From an uncultured Gemmatimonadales bacterium (GTDB lineage: Bacteria > Gemmatimonadota > Gemmatimonadetes > Longimicrobiales > RSA9), in contig CAVUKA010000005.1 of NCBI GenBank assembly GCA_963741945.1, forward strand, positions 352,001 to 416,000: 64,000 bases of DNA, read 5' to 3'. Both the position numbers and the translations under genes were made by a program. The notes under the pieces are model-generated. The model was not told the origin of the DNA, did no database searches, and saw only the letters and a program-made list of their open reading frames with translations. Shown here in pieces: positions 59,132 to 64,000 of the stretch. Within the stretch, counting starts at the first letter, position 1. Each line of letters opens with the position of its first letter.

Positions 59132-59330
59132 CGACGCGGCACCAGCGCACCGAGCCGAGTGGATTCTGGTCCACATTGGCCTTCCAGGTGAACGGCTGCC
59201 GCCTTGACCGGCCAGCGGGCGTTCATGAAACTTGGAGTACACGATCTCCGGGACCGTCGGACGAACGGCGGTACCGACTGACCCATGAAAGGTCCCGCGC
59301 CGACTCGCGCCGGGACCTTTGTTCGTTTTT
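59132..59330 (+). ncRNA. Candidate structured ncRNA (~200 nt, possibly 6S-like); strand uncertain
   Basis: Intergenic. TACGCT -10 at 59120-59125; nested pairings GGTCC/GGACC, TCCAGGT/ACTTGGA, TGAACG/CGTTCA and GCTG/CAGC; ends in an intrinsic terminator with no upstream + strand CDS. Confidence 0.35.
59288..59330 (+). terminator. Intrinsic terminator
   Basis: AAAGGTCCCG...CGGGACCTTT stem followed by GTTCGTTTTT. Confidence 0.7.
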
Positions 59331-59395
59331 GCGCACTTCTGCGCAAATTGCCGCTCCGGCGCGGCACAACTGCCCCTCACGACAAGGAGATCGTC

Positions 59396-60070
59396 GTGAA
59401 TACCCGTACCTTTTCCGTTGCACTGAAAGCCGCTCTCGTGATTCCGCTCGTGGCGGGATGCAGCGGCGACACTCCCACCTCGCCCCCCGCGCAGGCGGCC
59501 CCGACCACCCTCGCCGCCAGCAGGGCGCCGACGCCAACCACGGAGATGCCCACGGGCGAGCGCATCTTCGGTCAGGTCGCCATCGAGCCCGCGTACAACG
59601 CCGACACGGGTGAGCTCATGTACCTGCTGACACCGATCAAGGCGCCGCTGCCTTCCAAGGCGAACAGCCACGCCGTGTCGCCGCTGTACCTGGTGGAGTA
59701 TCCGGCTGATGCGGATGTGGGCGTGCTCAACTGCATGGGCGTTCCGGGCAATTGCCCCGACCATGACGGAGAGGTGGCGCAGGTAGCCATGGGAGCGATG
59801 CCGGACGTCTACGGCAGCGACCCGACCTACCTCGGCCACGACCATATCGCGGACCCCCCGGGCAAGCCGGACTTCAACATCGCGTGGGAAGTGATCGAGG
59901 TGGTGTTCACGAGCAAGGAGGCAGTCACGCACCTCACGACCGACGCCCAGATCGAAGCCGCAGTCGAGGCCGGCGACGCCGTGGAGATCAACCTCGGCTT
60001 CGCCTTCAACTGCAACGTGGTCCCGGCCTCGCTCTACTGGAGGGGAACGCCCGTCGGCGAGTCCTCCTGA
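59396..60070 (+). CDS. Hypothetical lipoprotein with Cys/His clusters
   Basis: AAGGAG RBS and GTG start; lipobox VAGC; Pro/Thr linker; NCMGVPGNCPDHD and GHDHI segments. Confidence 0.8.
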   Translation: MNTRTFSVALKAALVIPLVAGCSGDTPTSPPAQAAPTTLAASRAPTPTTEMPTGERIFGQVAIEPAYNADTGELMYLLTPIKAPLPSKANSHAVSPLYLVEYPADADVGVLNCMGVPGNCPDHDGEVAQVAMGAMPDVYGSDPTYLGHDHIADPPGKPDFNIAWEVIEVVFTSKEAVTHLTTDAQIEAAVEAGDAVEINLGFAFNCNVVPASLYWRGTPVGESS

Positions 60071-60097
60071 CCCGCTGGCGAGACGGACGGTACTCGC

Positions 60098-60129
60098 TGT
60101 CGCCGACGGTCCCCGGACCGTCGGCGACA
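60098..60129. terminator. 15-bp perfect inverted repeat between convergent genes
   Basis: TGTCGCCGACGGTCC-CC-GGACCGTCGGCGACA. Confidence 0.6.
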
Positions 60130-60139
60130 CCGGGTTCCG

Positions 60140-60841
60140 CTACATGACGATGGTGTAGCGGAACCACTCGGCCACCGCCCGTCCGTTCCGGCGAGCGGCT
60201 TCGAAGACCCACGCCGCTGCGTGCTCCCTCAGCCGCCGGTCGAACGACCGGTCGCCGGTGGACGGGTCGAGGCGCGTGGAGTCCGCGACCACGTGGCCGT
60301 TCGCCGCCACGAAGACCCAGACGTCCACCTCCTTCCCCCGCACCTCGTCGGGGCGATCGCCGGGCGGGAGGATCATGCCCCGCGGCTTCGGGGGCATCAC
60401 GCCGCTTCGCCCTGAAGCCGCCGTCCCGCCGCCGCCCACGCCGGTCCCATCGCCGGTGCCCACCCCCAGCTCCGGCAGGGGCCCCGAGCCGCCCGCCGTC
60501 AGCGGGCCCCGGGCCAGCGCCACCGCCGGCATGTCGTCCGGGACCTCCTCCGGCTCCGGCTGCTCCATTTCCGGCGTCTCCACCACCGGCCGCACTTCCG
60601 CGGGTGCCGGCGGCGACGGTGCCCGCGGCGGCTCCAGCGCCACTTCCTGCATCCCGCCGCCCCGCGCCGCCGCGGCGCCGCCCCGGCGCTCCCCGGCGGC
60701 CGCCAGCGGCAGGCGCGGCAGGGGATGCGCATCGAAATAGAGGAACGCCGCCGCGTGCACGAGGACGGACACCGCCAGCGCCCAGCCGAGCGCTCGGCCG
60801 TAGCGGCGGTCCGGGTCCAGGTTGCGGGCTTTGCGTACCAT
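60140..60841 (-). CDS. TonB-like energy transducer protein
   Basis: TM helix with SxxxH (SVLVH), Pro/Glu- and Gly-rich linker, C-terminal VWVFV..NG.V...FD......WVFEAARRNGRAV domain. Confidence 0.75.
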   Translation of the reverse strand: MVRKARNLDPDRRYGRALGWALAVSVLVHAAAFLYFDAHPLPRLPLAAAGERRGGAAAARGGGMQEVALEPPRAPSPPAPAEVRPVVETPEMEQPEPEEVPDDMPAVALARGPLTAGGSGPLPELGVGTGDGTGVGGGGTAASGRSGVMPPKPRGMILPPGDRPDEVRGKEVDVWVFVAANGHVVADSTRLDPSTGDRSFDRRLREHAAAWVFEAARRNGRAVAEWFRYTIVM

Positions 60842-61022
60842 CGTGCGGAGGCTCCCCTGTGCTACCTGTCCTACGCTCGACCGGGGCGGCCGGGTTTCAT
60901 CAAGATAACGCGCGGCCGGCCGGGAATTGAACGGCCGGTGCTCCTGACCGCGACGACGCGCTCGCCGCGCCCTCACCCGCCGTGATCAGTACCGCCGCGG
61001 CGAGCGGACCGTTCCGGACCGC

Positions 61023-62027
61023 TCAGCCGTATCGCTCGAGGAAGCGCATCAGCGCCGCTTCCTCCGGGTAGTACTCCACCGGCTCCTCCGAGTGCACCGC
61101 CCGCTCCTGCTTCCGCATCAGCGGCTCGATGGTCCGCCCCTCCGCTTCATATTCCTCGAACACCGCCGGATGGATGTACGCGCTGCGCGCGATCGCCGGC
61201 GTGTTCCCCAGCTCGCTCGCCACCAGCCGCGCCGTCAGAACCGTGTTCCTGTGCGCTTCACGGTCACTCGAAGCCTCGCCGATGTCCGCAAGGATCGTCG
61301 CCGCCCGCACCGTGCCGCCGAACGTCCGCAGGTCCTTCGACGTGTACCGCTCCCCCACCATCTCCTTGATGTAGCGGTTCACGTGCTTCGCCGTGACGTT
61401 GCACACGCGCCCGTCCTCTCCCGCGTAGCGGAACAGCCGCGAGCCGGGCAGCCCGGCGATCTCCCCCACGATCTCCACCAGCGGCGTGTCCGCCACCACC
61501 CGCCGCTGGTCCTTCCGCCGCTTCCCGCGATACGTGAAAATCAGATCGTTTCCCCGGATCTCCAGGTGCGCCTTCTTCAGTGTGGCGATCCCGAACGTCT
61601 TGTTCTCCACCGCGTACCGCTCGCTCCCGATCCGGAAGAACGACCGGCTCATCAGCCGCACCACCGTGGCCAGCACTTTCTCCCGACCCGCGCCCTCCAG
61701 CTTCAGGTGCGCGTTCGTCGCCGCCCGCAGACGCGGCAGCACGTGCGCGTACGCCAGCACCCGCGCCCACTTCCGCTGCTGACGCGCCTCCACCGCCTCC
61801 TCGCTGTAGATGTACTGCTTCCGCCCGGCTGCATCCCTCCCCCACGCCTGAACTTTCCGCTGCGACGTGGGAGCGATGTGCACGTCCGTCCACGCCGGCG
61901 GGATCGCCAGCCGGTCGATCCGCGCCAGACCGGCTTCCCATACCAGCTCGCCGCCGCCCACTTTCTCGTAGCGGAACCCGGAGTCCTTCTCCCCCACACG
62001 CCGCCACCATCCCTTGTCTTCCGTCAT
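61023..62027 (-). CDS. DNA topoisomerase IB (bacterial, poxvirus-like)
   Basis: IPPAWTDVHI, GRD..GRKQYIY, catalytic R (FFRIG), K (YRGK), R (KDLRT), N (LGNT) and Y (SAYIHP). Confidence 0.93.
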   Translation of the reverse strand: MTEDKGWWRRVGEKDSGFRYEKVGGGELVWEAGLARIDRLAIPPAWTDVHIAPTSQRKVQAWGRDAAGRKQYIYSEEAVEARQQRKWARVLAYAHVLPRLRAATNAHLKLEGAGREKVLATVVRLMSRSFFRIGSERYAVENKTFGIATLKKAHLEIRGNDLIFTYRGKRRKDQRRVVADTPLVEIVGEIAGLPGSRLFRYAGEDGRVCNVTAKHVNRYIKEMVGERYTSKDLRTFGGTVRAATILADIGEASSDREAHRNTVLTARLVASELGNTPAIARSAYIHPAVFEEYEAEGRTIEPLMRKQERAVHSEEPVEYYPEEAALMRFLERYG

Positions 62028-62104
62028 TGCCCCCGCTCGGATTCACGACGTGTGCCACACCGCCCGGGCACGCCCCGCGCCCGACCCCTGCACCGCCCCA
62101 CCCC

Positions 62105-62143
62105 TTGACGCTTTCCTCCCCCTTGTATAGGGTAGGGGGGTAT
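62105..62143 (+). promoter_or_regulatory. sigma70 promoter and CsoR operator
   Basis: TTGACG-N17-TAGGGT; overlapping G-tract site ATAGGGTAGGGGGGTAT (62127-62143) of the CsoR type. Confidence 0.7.
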
Positions 62144-62171
62144 GGCTCCAGAACGCGACGGGAGAAGACCG

Positions 62172-62486
62172 ATGGCAGACCAAACGGCGCAGACCGGCGC
62201 ACTCGCCGTTCAGCCCGACACGCGCGCGGCCGCGGCCAGGCGGCTGAAGCGGATCGAGGGGCAGGTGCGCGGGATCGAGAAGATGGTGGATGAAGGGCGC
62301 TATTGCCCCGACATCCTGACGCAGCTGGCGTCGGTGCACGCCGCGCTGCGGGGAGTGGGGAAGCTGCTGATGCGGAGCCATCTGCAGCACTGCGTGACGG
62401 ACGCGTTGCGGTCGGGTGACCCGGTGGCGGCGGAGCGGACGTACGACGAGGTGATGGACCTGATGTACAGGCACGTCCGGGAGTAG
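62172..62486 (+). CDS. csoR: CsoR family copper-sensing repressor
   Basis: [24 protein letters not shown] and HLQHC (C-H-C ligand set); upstream of copA. Confidence 0.93.
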   Translation: MADQTAQTGALAVQPDTRAAAARRLKRIEGQVRGIEKMVDEGRYCPDILTQLASVHAALRGVGKLLMRSHLQHCVTDALRSGDPVAAERTYDEVMDLMYRHVRE

Positions 62487-62494
62487 GGGGAGTC

Positions 62495-64000
62495 ATGGCG
62501 GATAGCACGACAACGGCCGGGAAGGACGCGGGTGAAGGTCATCGTACGGCCGGGTTCGCGAAGCTGGAGATCCCGGTGACGGGGATGACGTGCGCGGCGT
62601 GCGCGACGCGGGTTCAGAAGGGGCTGTCGAAGTCGGAAGGTGTCCGCGACGCGGGCGTGAATTTCGCCACGGAGCGGGCGACGGTGGAATACGATCCGTC
62701 GTCGACCAGCGCGGCGTCGCTGGTGGAGGCGATCCGCTCGTCGGGATACGGTGCGCGGCTGGAGGAGACGGAGCTGCAGGTGGCCGGGCTGGAGATGGCG
62801 GCCACGGGCGGCGGAATCGAGGCGGCGCTGAAGGAGCTGGCGGGGGTGCTGACGGCGGACGTGAACATCGCCACCGGCACGGCGCGCGTCGTCTATCTCC
62901 CGGACGTGGTGACGCCGCACGACTTCGAGTCGGCGGTGGAAGCCGCCGGCTACGAGCTGGCGGCGCCGGTGGACGTGGCGGACCCGGCGGAGCGGGAGCG
63001 GATCGCGCGCGAGCGGGAGTACCGCACGCTGCGGAACAAGTTCTCGCTGGCGGCGGTGGTGAGCGTGTTCGCCATGCTGGCGTCGATGCCGCTGATGGCG
63101 CGCGACTCGGCGGCCATGCAGAACGACCTGTTCCACCGTCTCATGACTCCGGTGAACGGCGTTCTCTCGTCGGTGGTCCCCTGGCTCTACGCCATCGACC
63201 CGCGGGTGCTCACGTGGACGCTGCTGGCGCTCACCATCCCGGTGGTCTTCTGGGCAGGCCGTCAGTTCTACAAGGGCGCGTGGAGCGGGCTTCTGCACGG
63301 CAGCTCGGACATGAACACGCTGATCGCGGTGGGGACGGGCGCAGCGTTCCTGTACAGCATCGTGGCCACCGTGGCGCCGGGGATCTTCATCCGGGCGGGC
63401 CTGCCGGCGGACGTGTACTACGAGGCGGTGGTGATGATCATCGCCCTGATCCTGCTCGGGAAGCTGCTGGAAGCGCGGGCGAAGGGTCGCACGAGCGAGG
63501 CGATCCGCAAGCTGGCCGGTCTGCAGCCGCGGACGGCGAGGGTGGTCCGGGATGGCGAGGCGGCGGACGTGGACATCGAGGACGTGGTCGTGGGCGACGT
63601 GGTGGTCGTCCGTCCCGGTGAGAAGATCCCGGTGGATGGACGCGTGGTGGACGGCCACAGCGCGGTGGACGAGTCGCTGCTCACGGGCGAGCCGCTCCCG
63701 GTGGAGAAGACCGAGGGCGACGAGGTGGTGGGCGGGACGATCAACGGCCAGGGCAGCTTCCGTTTCGAGGCGACGAAAGTGGGCCGCGACACGGCGCTGG
63801 CGCAGATCGTCAAGCTGGTGCGGGACGCCCAGGGCTCAAAAGCGCCGATCCAGCGGCTGGCCGATGTGATCGCCGGCATCTTCGTTCCCGTGGTCATCAG
63901 TCTCGCGCTGATCGCGGCCGCCGTCTGGTGGGTGGTGGGCCCGCAGCCGGCGTTCGTGTTCGCGCTGGTCACGTTCGTGACCGTCCTGATCATCGCGTGC
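62495..64000 (+). CDS. copA: Copper-translocating P1B-type ATPase (partial; runs off the window end)
   Basis: Not in the ORF track because there is no stop. GMTCAAC HMA domain, [43 protein letters not shown]; ends at LIIAC, the start of the CPC motif. Confidence 0.95.
   Translation, partial: MADSTTTAGKDAGEGHRTAGFAKLEIPVTGMTCAACATRVQKGLSKSEGVRDAGVNFATERATVEYDPSSTSAASLVEAIRSSGYGARLEETELQVAGLEMAATGGGIEAALKELAGVLTADVNIATGTARVVYLPDVVTPHDFESAVEAAGYELAAPVDVADPAERERIAREREYRTLRNKFSLAAVVSVFAMLASMPLMARDSAAMQNDLFHRLMTPVNGVLSSVVPWLYAIDPRVLTWTLLALTIPVVFWAGRQFYKGAWSGLLHGSSDMNTLIAVGTGAAFLYSIVATVAPGIFIRAGLPADVYYEAVVMIIALILLGKLLEARAKGRTSEAIRKLAGLQPRTARVVRDGEAADVDIEDVVVGDVVVVRPGEKIPVDGRVVDGHSAVDESLLTGEPLPVEKTEGDEVVGGTINGQGSFRFEATKVGRDTALAQIVKLVRDAQGSKAPIQRLADVIAGIFVPVVISLALIAAAVWWVVGPQPAFVFALVTFVTVLIIAC

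Noticed and set aside
61023-62027. Tyrosine recombinase/integrase marking a prophage
   Set aside because: Motifs are specific for topoisomerase IB, and no phage genes are present.

Overview
High-GC bacterial chromosomal window. The gene repertoire suggests Gemmatimonadota (inference: two ADOP-type permeases, BTAD/TolB-TPR proteins, exosortase-EpsI, PorX-like regulator). From left to right it holds: an exosortase/EpsI operon divergent from wzc-wza, with a sigma54-type promoter candidate for each; a CAAX protease and alpha/beta hydrolase; an AT-richer acyltransferase-3; a TetR-controlled mddA-like methyltransferase; an orphan encapsulated-ferritin homologue; an acyl-CoA synthetase; an HD-GYP regulator coupled to a degenerate histidine kinase; ChaN; a 1230-aa membrane-spanning BTAD-STAND-propeller-Ig-lectin protein; plsC, mtgA, a CDF transporter and an ADOP permease; an actinobacterial-style furA-katG; a CheB/CheR-PAS kinase; two convergent arsenic modules (arsR-arsP-thioredoxin and arsR-arsM-metallophosphoesterase) and a DUF4143 ATPase next to tRNA-Val and tRNA-Glu, which are separated by a 61-bp REP-like tandem array; a long LPS cluster (kdkA, 2 GT9, PorX-like REC-PglZ, msbA, 2 GT4, lpxL, GT2, DUF3108, DHS-like protein); a candidate ~200-nt structured ncRNA; a Cys/His lipoprotein; a TonB-like protein; topoisomerase IB; and csoR-copA, truncated by the window end. 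Three apparent single-base frameshifts may be assembly errors. All calls come from reading motifs by eye; no database searches were run.
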